Origin: Yuukianura sp. NJ FZ-2021
Lineage: Eukaryota
Assembly: GCA_046563655.1 (NCBI GenBank)
Contig: CM102285.1
Location: 12,028,001 to 12,092,000 of the forward strand
Direction: 5' to 3'
DNA: 64,000 nucleotides
Part shown: positions 38,969-52,809 of the stretch, piece by piece
Numbering within the stretch: position 1 is the stretch's first letter
Layout of the letters: each line of letters starts with the position of its first letter
The notes under the pieces: generated by a model
Told to the model about the DNA's origin: nothing
What the model saw: only the letters and a program-made list of their open reading frames with translations
Databases searched by the model: none
Program-made: the position numbers and the translations under genes

Positions 38969-41156
38969 TTACCAGTAGCCAATGAGTACTGCTGGTTCGT
39001 CACGACCAATACAGATAATTTTGGTATCATGAATGAAAAGATGCTCAACACGTGTCGGACTGTGGACAATTTTGTGTAAAAGTTCTCCAGATTGTACATT
39101 GTAGACGCTGAGTTGTTGACCATCTTTAGCAGTAATCAGGAAATCGCTGGAGCATTGGAAGCCTCTGGAGATTCCAGCTGATGCTGAAGTGACCCAGATG
39201 ACCTCTCCAGTCCAATTCAGCGCTGTGACAAAACCGTCATATTGATGATAGACAATTCTTTCCCCGTGCACAATCAGACTGTCCACATAAGCTTCACTGG
39301 TTTTCACAAAAATCGATTCCTAAAACGCAAGAAACGTCTTTTTCAAAAGTTTAGAGAAAACGGAAAATTCTTGCTTGAAGAGTTCTTCAAAATTTCTACC
39401 TGTGTTAAGATATTGGCAGCGTAAATTATGGAATCTTGTGCAATCCAAACGATTTTGTCAGCATTTCTCGGATCAATTCGAATCTCTTCTGTTAATTCCT
39501 GGGATCGGAATTCCGTGAATTCAAAAGGTTCTTGAAAATCGTACATGAACAGAGAAATTGTCGTGTCAAATCGCTGATTCATTCTTCGTTTCTTCGCGGT
39601 GAGGTAAATCGCTGAAGCAGAAACGAAAGCCTGAGAAAAAAACGTTGAATTTCAAAATTTTTAAAACTTCGAACAAATTTTGTTTGAATTGACCCTACAT
39701 TTCTACATGCTTGGACACCTTGCGGAACTTGAATTTTTTTGATCAAATCTTTTGTGTCAAATCCAAAAAGTAAAATGCAGTTGCACGCGTATCCAGAAAC
39801 GACCAAATACTTTTGAGTGACCAGAACAATTAAATCTGATGCCAAGTAGTCACTGTCCAACCAAGGCTCGATCAAGTTATTGTTAGGTTCAGCGATTTCT
39901 GGAGCAGGGTTAGAGGTCAAATTTGAATTTTCATTTACATTCACTTGCTCCAAGGTGTGGTCAGAAGCCAAGCTTAAAGTTTCCGTCGTTTGTTGTATGT
40001 TAGGGTCAGAGGTCAAGGGGTTTTCAGTGATCTGCTGCAAGTTAGAGGCTCTTGGTGTGACAGCCAGTGAATCTCTAAATTTTTGTGTGAAAAGTGTATA
40101 TTCGTTTTGGATATTTGGAGTTGGAAGGGCCCAAATTCTAAATTGAAACACGGGGTCAAGGGTCACTGTAGCTTTGGTTTTAGTAAATCCTGGCGGGATT
40201 TTGTATGCTCTGGTAACACCATCTTGATACAAAATCGCTAGCAAATCTTCGCTGAGTCGCACTTGCTCAACAACCGTTGAGTACACGATCGTATCCTTGA
40301 GTTTCGGAACTCCTAGAACCAATACAATACAAAATATCGTTAAAAATGTTTAAAATGTGCTTTAATTTTCAAAATTACCAGAAATAGACCAGAGGTACAC
40401 TGATCCAGAATTGGATCCCATTGCAAGTATGCCCATTTCGGAATTGGAGTCTGCGCATGTGCAGAGATCGGATCCTTTCTTGTTGTCCGGAACGTTCATT
40501 TGGTGGATGACATTTCGTCCTTGACGCCAATTCTGTCTGAGATGGTGACATTGGCGGAAGTAGCGACCCCATGGACACAAGCTTGGAAAAATCAAGGTCA
40601 AAGGTCAAAGTTTTGTACGCGTGCGCTTGTGTTAAACATATCTGACCTGGAGATTCTACTTGAAGCAATCGGTGGTAGCATGAACGCTGGAGACGCGCGA
40701 CGTTCACGTCCAAGCGTAGCTGAGTCAACGTGTGTCGCTGATTCGGTCCACTTGAACGGATCCGTTTCGTCCAATGGTTCTTCCACTAGACGAAACTGTT
40801 TGCAGCGATTCATCCTAGACACATAAAGAACCCAAAGGTCAAAGGTCAAGAGTAGCAGACTAACATTGACCTAATTTAACAATACAATAGTTTTACCATT
40901 GTGTATTGTTGTTTATGACGTGTCTCCATTGAATTGACACTTGACAACAAGTCATGAGGTCTTTGCATGGGAGAAAACCAAACAGTTTGTCACTGAGTTC
41001 TGGAGGGAACAGATCCACAAAATCCATAGCTATAGCTCTAGTCGTTTCTGGTTTGACCTTGACTGGCCCTGCTGTGTTCGCATTTTCGTCATCATCGTTT
41101 GGGTCAAGAGCCGGAAACAACTGAAAATGGCTCGAACTTCGTCTCTCATAACTCAT
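38969..41156 (-). CDS. F-box protein with divergent beta-propeller (WD40-like) C-terminus
   Basis: F-box DFVDLFPPELSDKLFGFLPCKDLMTCCQVSIQWRHVI; then LRQNWRQGR, LAMGSNSGSVYLWSI and QLSVYNVQSGELLH beta-repeat segments. Confidence 0.8.
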
Positions 41157-42525
41157 TTCTTTTCAGTTTCTGCAATTTCTTCAAAAGAATGAATTTCTAA
41201 TTTACAAAGATTTACTTTGGTTCAATTGCGTTTTGGAGGCCATGTCATGAATGCTACGTTTTTTGGTGTATTACCGCTATATGTCCTTCTGATCCTTCTG
41301 CTTTCTATTCAAAGGCAGAAGATTGCCTAAAACCTAAAATTTTCTGATTTGAGTCAAGTTTTAATTAAAACAGTTCAAAATTTATTCAGGTCTAAATGGG
41401 GACTTCCAGGGCAACTAATCTCAGTTCAAATTAAGTTCACATTATGCCTGGAAAGTGATGCGGAGGGTTAAGTTTTAGTTTTGCTAACCCTGTTTCCAAA
41501 AAATCATTCTGGAAGGAGTCCTTGGACTTGAAAGAACATTCCGTAATTTATTTTTAGTGCTTAATTGACTGCAAACAATAAAATTTTGCATTGTCGCTTG
41601 CACTGTTTTACGAAACCTTTTTCAAATCACGTCGCTGTAATAAATATTTTTTAGTGTATTGAAAACAGAAGCTGCGTCAAAATATGCAGTGTTTTGAGCT
41701 CGTATTTCCATTTTGGTGACCTGGAGCATACCAACATTAATTCATTAAATTGTACAATTACACACTAAACGTAATAAGATTATTACAACTTTCAAAATTT
41801 CTTGTGCAATTTCCAGTTAAATTTTCAATTTGAGTGATAAATGGTACACTAAAATCTGGAGAATTGTGAAAGGTGTGGTGACCAAATCCAAAATTTCGAA
41901 CTGCCGAAAAATTGAAACTTCGGGTGTGTTTGTTACATCGAATATTTCTACAGATTTCTGTAAGGTAGAGATTTTGGCTTATTTTTAAAACAATACTAAT
42001 TACTTTGCTTTGTTCAAAACAGTTGAGATAATTACAGAAGTGATTTGAATTTAGTACTAACTTGATCATAAACTTGTAAATTATAACAGGTTTTGGAATA
42101 CCCGAATCATGATTTAGAAACACTTTTGCCAAAAAAAGTGAAGTAACAAATGGAAACGCTTTCACATTTTTAATCTGTGGAATTTTGTTTTTCTTTTTAA
42201 ATTTTGTTGTGTTAAAACGGTGAGCAGCTACTTGGCTGTTATGCAATCACAGGAGATTACAAAGTGTGAAATCAATTCCGTTATAATTTGTGTTAGTTGA
42301 CATTGTCATTAAACTTAACTCTACTTATTTTTGTTGCAATCGCGCTACGTTAATTAAGCGTTAATTAAGCGATTAACTTAGACCTTAACCTTAAATATCA
42401 AAATTTTAACTCATTTAAGCATTTTAGATACGTTTATTCAATTCAACTGTAAATTCAAGTTTTAGTACATGAAAAATTTTCAAAAAATTATTCCAGTTCG
42501 AAACTAAGCAGATTATTATGAAAAT

Positions 42526-45206
42526 ATGGACAATCCAACATTTGAGTCAGGTAATTAACTGTTGAATTTAGAATATTTTCAAAATTTTGAAAAAGATCCT
42601 AGTACCATAAATCAGAGAGTTCAAATTTTGTTCAAATTTTTTTCAGAACAAGTAATTACTGAACGTAAAAATGCAAACAAATTGAACGGTAGTGTACCAA
42701 TATCCGAAATAGTAAAAACTTCAAATGGCCACGCCCTTTTTGCAAATTCCGGGGAACAGAAGGTGGAGCTACAGCGGGAAGTCGGTTTGCTCTCCGGTAT
42801 TGGACTCATCGTAGGCGTCATTATCGGTAACATCAAAAATTTCAAAAACTGAAAAATTTGTTAAAAAATTAAGTTAAAATAAATTTTATTTAAAAAAAAA
42901 TTCAAAACTTACTCTCAAACTGCCGCAGGCAGTGGGATTTTTGTGTCACCCGGAGGATTATTAGCAGAAACTGGATCGGTATGGCTGTCATTGTGCGTAT
43001 GGCTGGCATGTGGGTTCATCTCCACCCTAGGTAAAGCAGAATCAATTGCTTATGAATCAGAATCACTACTATTAATTATGTAATGTTAATTAATGTTAAT
43101 TATTCACTGAAATCACTGGAAATCTTAATTCCCTGCCGATCCTTGCCGATTCCTTTAGGTTCCATTGCGTACATTGAGCTCGGAAGTGTCGTTCCAAGTT
43201 CGGGTGGTGAATATGCTTATATTGGCGCAGCATTCGGTCGACTGCCAGCATTTCTGTACTCCTGGATAGCCACAATTGTGCTTAAACCCTCCGGGGTAGC
43301 CATAGTTTGCTTAACGTTTGCAGAGTACTGCATTTCCCCATTTCTGCCGATGCTGGGATTTGAAGAGGGTACTGGATTCGAAGTACCGGCGCTGAAGTGG
43401 GCATCGATCCTCATATGCTCCGCAACGTTATGTAATACAAAAATAGAATGCTTTTTTGTCAGTTTTCAGTTTAAAGTGAACATGAGGTCAAAGGTCAACA
43501 TTTTCCCGTTTTTCTTTTCAGTACTCGTCACGTACATCAATTGTGTGAGCGTCCGTGTTGCCGTGTTGGTTCAAAACTACTTCACACTTGCTAAACTAGT
43601 TGCTCTTCTAATCATCATAGTCGGTGGAATTTACAATCTCGCGACAGGTATTTCCAGCAGATTACCTTGACCTTTGACCTGCTTCATACCATCTTCAATT
43701 TTCGCGAAATTTTTTGATTTTGATTTTTACAAAATGGTTCCAGGACAGGTTGGTCAATTAAACACGGGTTTTGATGGAAGTAAATGGGAATATGGGCCAT
43801 TAGCTGCCGCTTTCTATTCAGGTTTATGGGCATTTGATGGCTGGTAATTTTTTTAAAATTTGAAAATTTTGTTTCACTTTCCCGAAAAAGTGAAAAGCAT
43901 TTCATAATTTTTCGACTTAAAACTCTAGGAATAGCTTGAATTACATCACAGAAGAAATTAAAAACCCGTACAGGTACGTGTAAATGAAAAACGCTTCCAC
44001 TTTTTAACAAAAAGAAAATTTCAATTTTAAAGTTCAAAAATCATAGAATTTTGATATTTCACAGGAACTTACCAGTGGCAATTTTAGTTGCTCTACCACT
44101 TGTCACCTTTGTGTACTTTTTTGTCAATGTGTCCTACTTCACGGTGGCTACAGTTGACGAAATTATCAATGAGCCAGTAGCTATCGTGAGTTAACATTTC
44201 TCTGAAAAGATTTTCGAAAAAGGTGCTAAAAATTTCGTTTCTGCAAAATTTTAGATTTTCGGGACACGAATGCTAGGTCCCATGGCGTTCTTGATGCCTC
44301 TAGCAGTATCGATTTCAACATTTGGTTCTGCCAATGGAAGTCAGTTTACTGCTGGAAGGTAATTAACGTTTTTCAAAATTTTAATCGTCTAAAGCCAAAG
44401 TGATTTAGTTTTATTCTTTTTTTCGTTAAAGGTTGTGCTATGTTACTGCTCGTGAAGGGCAGTCGATTGAAGCTATAGCCTACATCGATGTCCGACGCAA
44501 AACTCCGTCGTTTGCTATGGTATGAAAAACTTAAAAAAAGGGGTGAAAATTTTTTCACTGAAAATTCGAAATTTCGAACGTTATGTTTGTCACTAAGTAC
44601 CTCTTCACGTTTCGATAGGTTTTCAATGCTGTCCTAGGAATTTCGATGACAGTTTTTCTGGATATCGGAAGTTTGATTCACTTTTTTAGTTTTACGGCGT
44701 GGATTTTCTATGCTGGAACATTTGCATCGCTCATCCGACTTCGATTTACTCGCCCCGATGCTCCACGACCTTTCAAGGTTCAACTAAAACATAATTTCAA
44801 AATTTCTTTTTAAAAAAAATGAAACAAAATGAGTGAATTTTACCGTATCCACTAGGTTCCAATTGTGATACCAGCAGTTCTTCTACTGATCTCAATCTTC
44901 TTGGTAGTTGCTCCAATAGTGGATAATCCACAGGTAGAGTACCTCTTTGCTCTTGGGTTCATCGCTCTTGGATTCTTCGTCTATTGGCCATTTTGCCACT
45001 ACCATTATGTTCTTCCTGGAATGGGTTAGTGTTCACAATTTTCTAAAAAAAAAAACAAAAACGAATTCATAAGGTTCCTTAATCTGCTATGTTTTTCAAT
45101 GAAAATAGGAAACTTTACTTACTGCATGCAAATGTTGTTCAAAATCATTCCACCCGAAATTGACGCAAATGCTGTCAGCGTCTTCACAAATCCGACCAAG
45201 AAGTAA
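42526..45206 (+). CDS. SLC7 light-chain amino acid transporter, paralog 2
   Basis: [93 protein letters not shown]. Confidence 0.92.
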
Positions 45207-45761
45207 ATCCAGTTTTTCAAAATTCCGTTGATTGCTGGAAGACAGGTTTTCCAGGTCCTTGTATTGTTATAGCCTTTAGGGCTTCAAGATTTGTTGAGAT
45301 GTCTTGGGGGTTGTGCATTTTCTTAGCCGGTCATAACCGCGAAATCAGCAAGCTGGCAACAGTGGACGTGAACCCTGGGGTAAGGTTTCATTCAGTGGTG
45401 CCAACTTGTGGAATTCGCGCTTATTGTTTTCGCGCTAATGATCTGGAACCGTACATTTTATATTTTACAATTAAAATTAACTTAACAACCTTGAATAGGC
45501 GGAAGTCATTACGTAAGCGAGGCTTATTTTATCTGAAATTTATTCAACAATATAGTTTGTAACGTATAGGTTCAAGTTGCCAACCAATGAAACGAACAAA
45601 TGAAAACTTAGAAACGATTTCTTCAATGCCGAAACATGATTTTAAACAAAGTCAATCGCAAAGATAATTATACCGAGACTATTTAGGTATTAATTTCTAA
45701 TTATTTTGGTCTGAATTCGTGATTGATTTCACATGAGGTCGTCACTGCTCTAATTTCCAAA

Positions 45762-46494
45762 TTAATTTGATCTGAGGAAGAAGAATCGGAAGGCCAAGGA
45801 AGCCGTTAGAGCCAAAACCATTGGGATAACCCAAGATTTCCAAGTGCTGAAAAGAGGAAAAAACATTCAAATATTAGCAAGAGAACAAGTCAATTTTCAG
45901 AAGGAAGTCGTGGGAAAACACAACTGCGTGAATAAGTCAAGACAAAGTCAAATGAATTGCGAAAGTTCAGCAATAAACTCGACTCATTCTTCAGTTTCTA
46001 AGATGAAGATTGAAAATCTGTGTACAAATTGCTTGAAGACTTTCAAATTGATCAACTAAAAAGCAACTCACCTTCCCTCTTCCTTTTCCTCTTCATAAGC
46101 ACCCCATTTCTTGGAAGCTTCCGCCGAATTTGTCTTATCCTCATCTCGAAGTTCACCGACTAAATATTCCTTCATCATCGTACGAGCATCCGTTGAATGT
46201 CCAACATCCTCAAAGTGTTCAGTAGCATCTTTTCCTGCTTGTTCCAACAGTACCTCTTCACCTCCAGGATGCTGAAATGTAAAAAATGTCAAAGGTCAAC
46301 TCAGACGCAAGATGGAAAGAAATCTTGGATTCTTTAGATACGATCTTTGACTTTAAATTATTCCGTACCTCTTCCAGGAATTTGGTGACGTCGTATACTT
46401 TGTCGTGAATAACGATCCAAGTGGAACTTTTATCTTTGTGAGTTTCGACGTCTTTGAGTGCGAACTTCTTAAGGGTAGCGGTTTCTTCAGTCAT
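45762..46494 (-). CDS. Cyt-b5: Cytochrome b5, tail-anchored
   Basis: [47 protein letters not shown]; third exon encodes the TM tail [22 protein letters not shown]. Confidence 0.97.
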
Positions 46495-48141
46495 TTTAGG
46501 ATGTTGGCGATCCGGAATGTTAGATTCAGCGGGTTAAATTCTGTAGGCTAGAAACAAGCCTTACTCCAACACGGATCTGAAATAAAAGTCCAATTTTAGT
46601 CACACGACTTTACAGGTTTTAAAGTGGGTACTCGAAAAATTGATAATGAAAGGGATCATCCGCATTGTCATCTGATCTAGTACTATAGCATTCAACGATT
46701 CCTGCACTAAAACTGAAAGATCTATTGTTCAGAAGATAATTATACTGCAAACGCCTAGTTACGAGCTACTACACACAGTCAGAACATTCAGAACATTCTA
46801 GATCACTTGCTGATTACTATATTGCAAGTGCTTTCCAAATTCCAAACCACGTTTGACCCAATGATGATGACCGCGGGGAAGGTCAGCAGGTTAACAGATT
46901 CATACTAGAATTGCAAAGCAATGCCGTTGCTACCAATCAGATAATACAGTTAACTAACTTCGTAGATGCGATTGAAGATGATCTTGATTGATTTAAGGTG
47001 ATCGTTCCTGTTTTTGTAGCGAGTCCTTGTAAACTTATTCAACGCAGATTGAGATTATTAAGAAACTGAAAATGAGTTAACAGAAGCCTGCTGAAATACA
47101 ACTGAATTGAATTAAACCACTTTGGTTTTTAGTGTCATCCATGTGGGTATTTCAAAGTAAGCCTGCCACTTTAGTTTTTTCCTTGTTACACATGCATTCA
47201 AGAGTTTCAAGGTTAACTCCTTTCGTCAGAGTCATCCTATCTCCCTCGCCTCATCCTAATAAGCTGCTACACGGGTCATTTTTTACGAAGCATACAATTC
47301 AGATCCAACATCCAACCAGAGAAAAGAAGATCTTGCATAAACCCCGAGCCGATTTTCCATCAATTGCTTGCCTGCTAGACAATAAATAATAAATTACATT
47401 CCACACTATCACGTTATTTCAGGTTTTGCGGCTACATTAAGCGTAGTATCTATGTGGGACACACGAGGACATTAAATTGATCAAATCGCAGATGCCACTT
47501 ATACCCCTATGCTGCTTATTCTTCCCTTTCCAATCCATTGAAATTGAAACTGAAAGTCGCAAACTTGCAATTAAAAATGCCTAAAATAAGCTTTAAACCG
47601 TAGTATTCTAATAAAATTGGATGGAATGGGGAATCAATTAGAATTTCAATCTAACATTAACATAGGAAACAACCAGGACAGCAACAGCTGATCTCGAACT
47701 CGATGTTTAGTAGCAGAGTCCCACCAGGGTAAGATGACTTCAATGATTTTTCAAATGACAAAATGTTGATTTTTGAGAACAACTTGTTAACTTATAGTTT
47801 AGTATGAGTCTTCTCTTAACACCGACATTATAAAATGATGTCATTTTTATCGAAAGCCGGTCCACCGATGGACAAAGAATAGGATTTTACCTGAATTGAC
47901 TTGGATTGCCTTCTCAAATATCAAACTGGTAGTTGTAGCATTGATTCTTGTTTGCTGATTAGTGATTTGATTGATTAATCAATGAAAATTAACGGCAGTT
48001 CTGATGAAAATCGCGAAGGGAAAGTGAAGTGACAAAAGAAAGAGAGGTGTGGTCTGTGGTATTTTATTTGCTGATTTAGTAATTCCCTAAGTACACGTGG
48101 ACATGCAATTCAAAAAGCCCGCGAAAGCGCTACACCATGTA

Positions 48142-49188
48142 CCGTATGTCCGGCTGCCAACTTTAGCCAAATTCGACTTTTCTAACCTAACCTAAAGTAA
48201 ATTCACTTCAAACCAATGTAATAATTAACGCAACATAATTAATTAATGTTTAATTTAACCTAACCTAGTTAATTAGCGTAATTACTTATCCTAAAATAAA
48301 TTTAATTATAAATTATTATGAATTGACCTAAAATTAGAACAAACTAACCTTTTTTGAACTAGTTTTGAACTTTTTCAGTTTTGAACTCATCCCAAAATTT
48401 TGAACTTTTTTTTAAAAAAATTTTGAATCTTTTTCAAAGTTTTGAACTTTTTTCAAAATTTTGAACTTTTTTCAAAATTTTTAACTTTTTTCAAAATTTT
48501 GAACTTTTTTCAAAATTTTGAACTTTTTTCAAAATTTTTAACTTTTTTCAAAAGTTTTGAACTTTTTCAAAATTGGGAAAAGTTCAAAATTTTGAAAAAA
48601 GTTCAAAATTTTGGGAAAAGTTTAAAAAATTTTTTAGAAAAAAAAGGTCAAAATTTTGAAAAAAAAAAGTTCAAAATTTTGGGAAAAGTTCAAAATTAAA
48701 AAAAAAAGTTCAAAATTTTTGGAAAAGTTCAAAATTTTGAAAAAAGTTCAAAATTAAAAAAAAAAGTTCAAAATTTTGGGAAAAGTTCAAAACTTTTCAA
48801 AAAAGTTCAAAATTTTGAAAAAAGTTCAAAATTTTGAGAAAAGTTCAAAACTTTGAAAAAGTTCAAAATTAGTTCAAAAAAAGTTAGTTTATTCTAATTT
48901 TAGGTCAATTCATAATAATTTATAATTAAATTTATTTTAGGATAAGTAATTACGCTAATTAACTAGGTTAGGTTGAATTAAACATTAATTAATTATGTTG
49001 CGTTAATTATTACATTGGTTTGAAGTGAATTTACTTTAGGTTAGGTTAGAAAAGTCGAATTTGGCGACAGAGCTCGAAAAGTACTACTAGCCTCGCAGAG
49101 CGTAGCTGCCGCATGGCAGAACTCAGAATTGGGGGTGGGAGGGAAAGGAGGGAAAAAAAGTTTTTAAAGTTGGCAGCCGGACATACGG
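48142..49188. mobile_element. Non-autonomous foldback/MITE DNA transposon with TA target-site duplication
   Basis: Perfect 24-bp TIR CCGTATGTCCGGCTGCCAACTTTA / TAAAGTTGGCAGCCGGACATACGG flanked by TA on both sides; ~200-bp near-perfect inner inverted arms plus mirrored arrays of AAAATTTTGAACTTTTTTC; no ORF. Confidence 0.9.
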
Positions 49189-50109
49189 TATGTCATTGTC
49201 CTTTTATTTGTCGTTCGGATTAAGATTGTGTAAATAAAAACAGGTGATTGAGTCATTCTCATTCATCTGCTGATGTCGGAGTCGGACTTCCGTTTCCGGC
49301 GTTGACATTCGTGATTAGTGGTGTCTTTGGTGAAAGGTCATCGCTCGTAGTCATAACTGATACGTCTCTGGTCACTGGTCAGTGGTCATCATCCTCAGCA
49401 TGAAACGGCGTTAGCCCGGCAACCGGCAAGGTATGTCTGCCTACGGGCGATTTACGTAAGGAATTTACAGGGCATATTTGCACTTTTCAGTCATTCACCT
49501 CTTATTACTAACCACTACATCAAACCGCGACTGACTGACGACGTGTGGTTCGACTGGTACTGGTTTGGTGGTACCCTGGTCTGTATATTCTTGTATTCTT
49601 CTGTAAGTTGGTGCAAATCTTACTCACCGATGGGTAGTTCATTGTTTCGGAAAATTGCAGTTGTTTAAGTCTCTGTTTATCCTAATTGCTATTTTATTGC
49701 TACAAACTTTTAAAACTGATTGAATTCAAAGCGGTAATACTAGATACTACTATTTTATTATTCTCTTCAATTTTTCGTGGAATTGAAATGGATTAATTGT
49801 ACACTGGTAAAGTTCAATTGATAAAGCGAGTTTAATCGTTTAATCCCAACTCGCTTTGGCTTGGCCGCATTTATTGGTCACTGTAATTTCGGGTGAATTC
49901 ATTTTCTACGTACTAGGATAAGTTTAATAGAAATTATCACTCCGCTCCGGCGTTTCCTAGAATCGTCTGACATATTCGTTAGGTTAAATCTACACCGTAG
50001 ATTAATTAAAAATCGCTGAATTTTTGTTCTTTTCCTCACATTTACCTTTTTTTCTCTTTCGCAGGAGCACTGTTCGATTTGACTTTATCCTGCCGCACAT
50101 CAGATCAAG

Positions 50110-52299
50110 ATGGCGATCAAGAAAATTTGCTGCATTGGAGCTGGATATGTGGGTGGACCCACCTGTAGTGTAATTGCATACAAATGTCCAGAGATCCAAG
50201 TCACAGTTTGTGATCGTAATCCTGAACGAATTCAACAGTGGAATTCTGAAAAATTGCCAATTTATGAGGTGAGATCAAAACGAGTTTTTTTCAGTCTCAT
50301 TCAATATGATTAACACCGTGGGGAAAAGGTATCACCTTGAGTCAAAATGCTCAAAGTTTCAAAAACAAAGGTCAAAATTTTTGAACTGAACTGTACTGTA
50401 TTAATTGAATATGTTGATCTTTAACTTTTACAATATTTTCTTGTTCATCTGTCTTTTTTTCAGCCTGGGTTGGAAGAAATCGTCCTAAAATGCCGAGGAC
50501 ACAACTTATTCTTCACGACGGAAATGGACATTCCTATCAGAGAAGCGGATCTCATTTTTATTTCTGTAAATACACCAACGAAGACATTTGGCATTGGAAA
50601 GGCAAGTCCCTTGGCCTTGAGCCTGATTTGTGAATTGATTTGATTTGGCCTTGGCCTGTCTAGTCTATGCTTAAAAAATAATTCTACTTGATTCCAATTT
50701 CTGCAGGGAAGAGCAGCAGATTTGAAATTTGTTGAGTCTTGTGCGAGACATATCGCTGAATTGTCAACTGGCAAGAAAATTGTTGTGGAGAAAAGTACAG
50801 TTCCTGTTCGAGCTGCTCAAAGTATTCTACGAATTTTAACTGCCAATACTCATCCGGACGTTGAGTTCCAGGTATGGCTTGCGAAATTGAATTCCATTAT
50901 TAAAGCTTGACAGATCACGAATCGTTTTTTTTTTACATCCAAATCAGGTTCTATCAAATCCAGAATTTCTCAGTGAAGGCACTGCAATCAACGATCTTCT
51001 CAATCCGGATCGCATATTGATCGGAGGTGACTCATCTGCTGCGGGGCAGAATGCTGTCGAGGAATTGTGTACAATTTATTCACACTGGGTAGACCGAAAG
51101 AGAATTTTTACTACGAATACTTGGTCGTCGGAATTGTCAAAGCTCGCCGCCAATGCATTCCTTGCTCAGCGAATTTCCAGTATTAATGCCATGTCAGCCA
51201 TTTGCGAAGCAACTGGTGCGGATGTTTCTGAAGTTAGTCGCGCCATTGGTATGGACACGCGAGTGGGGCCGAAGTTCCTGGAAGCATCCGTGGGATTTGG
51301 TGGCAGTTGCTTCCAAAAGGATTTACTTAATCTGGTTTACATCAGTGAGTGCCTACATCTCCCAGAAGTCGCTGCATATTGGCAAAAGGTGAGATTATTT
51401 TATTTTGTATTTTTGCTGAGTTGTTATTTTTTTTTACGACATTGCGTTAGATATTTTTGTCGAAGAGGAAATATGTCTCAGAGAATTAGGATTGACCTGT
51501 GGTGCTGCCTGCGTTTCCTGTGAATTATAAGTTTCTTGAAAGTATTTTCTTTTTTCATTTCAGGTCATTGACATGAACGAATACCAAAAATCTCGTTTTG
51601 CTGCTCGGATTGTCGAGAGACTTTTCAACACCATTACGGACAAGCACTTGGCAATTTTGGGCTTCTCTTTCAAGAAGAACACAGGAGATACCAGAGAGTC
51701 GCCAGCTATTTATGTTTGCAAATATCTGTTGGAAGAAGGAGCTGTTTTGCACATTTATGATCCCAAGGTTCGCTCTTTTAAGTATTTTCGCAGTTAAAAA
51801 ATTTGGCTCTGACAAATTCAAGAAACGATACAAATTGCTAATATATTCTAATTTATTGCTTTCTCGCAGGTTGAACACAAGCAAATTATGCTCGATTTGA
51901 CATCGCCATTCGTGACGGACAATCCTGAAGAAACCAAGAAACAGATCCTTCTTCATGACGATGCTTATTCAGCTGTAAAAGGGACTCATGCCATTATTAT
52001 TTGCACGGAATGGGACGAATTTGTTGTAAGTTTTTCAAGTGTTTATAGATTCCGATGATTCTGGGATTATGATTTTTATGAAAATCTGTTTAAACTTTTG
52101 ACAGACTCTTGATTACGTGAAAATGTACGGAAGTATGCTCAAGCCAGCTTTTATTTTCGATGGACGACGAATCACCAACTGCGAAGAATTGAAGAAAATT
52201 GGATTCCACGTTGACGTAATTGGTAGAAGGATTAGCAACGGTAATGGAGGACGCAGGGGATCGGAAATTTTGGACAAAGAATTTCAGTCTTCGTCTTAG
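50110..52299 (+). CDS. UGDH: UDP-glucose 6-dehydrogenase (sugarless)
   Basis: [64 protein letters not shown], catalytic [29 protein letters not shown]. Confidence 0.98.
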
Positions 52300-52809
52300 T
52301 TTTCCATCTTTGCGTCATTTCCGTTGTTTACTATTTCCTATGTTAACATTTTTTGAATTTCCATAACGGACTACTGCGTATAATTTGATCTTAATTCCTT
52401 TGAACAATTAAGTATTGTGCTATATCTCAAAATTTTTACGAATTCTCTCCTATCCTAAATTGCTTAACCTTAATGATTTTTTAAAGTTGTTAGTTTTTAC
52501 AACTGTTACGACTCGACGCCGATTTTGGTGATTTGAAAAACTTTTAACAGGGATAATTTTTTTTAAATGTTATAAAAACTATTGTAAGTTTAAAACAACC
52601 GAAAGTTCTGTCAATTTTTTAAGCAAAAATCGAAATTTAATGTTAGAATTATGAATCTGCTCGTTTTGTACACAATTGATAGTCTAATTTTGGAATCTGT
52701 TCAAATTTTGGTAAGTGAATGACGTTATTTTGTTGTAAATGGCGTTAATGAATTTAGAAAACAAAAGTTGTAGGTTGAAGAATTTGACTTGTATTTTGGA
52801 ATGTTGATT

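Noticed and set aside
41758..42246. 162-aa minus-strand ORF
   Set aside because: Non-ATG start, AT-rich intergenic composition, no motif
48442..48699. 85-aa Phe/Lys-rich ORF
   Set aside because: Translation of the foldback subrepeats, not a transposase
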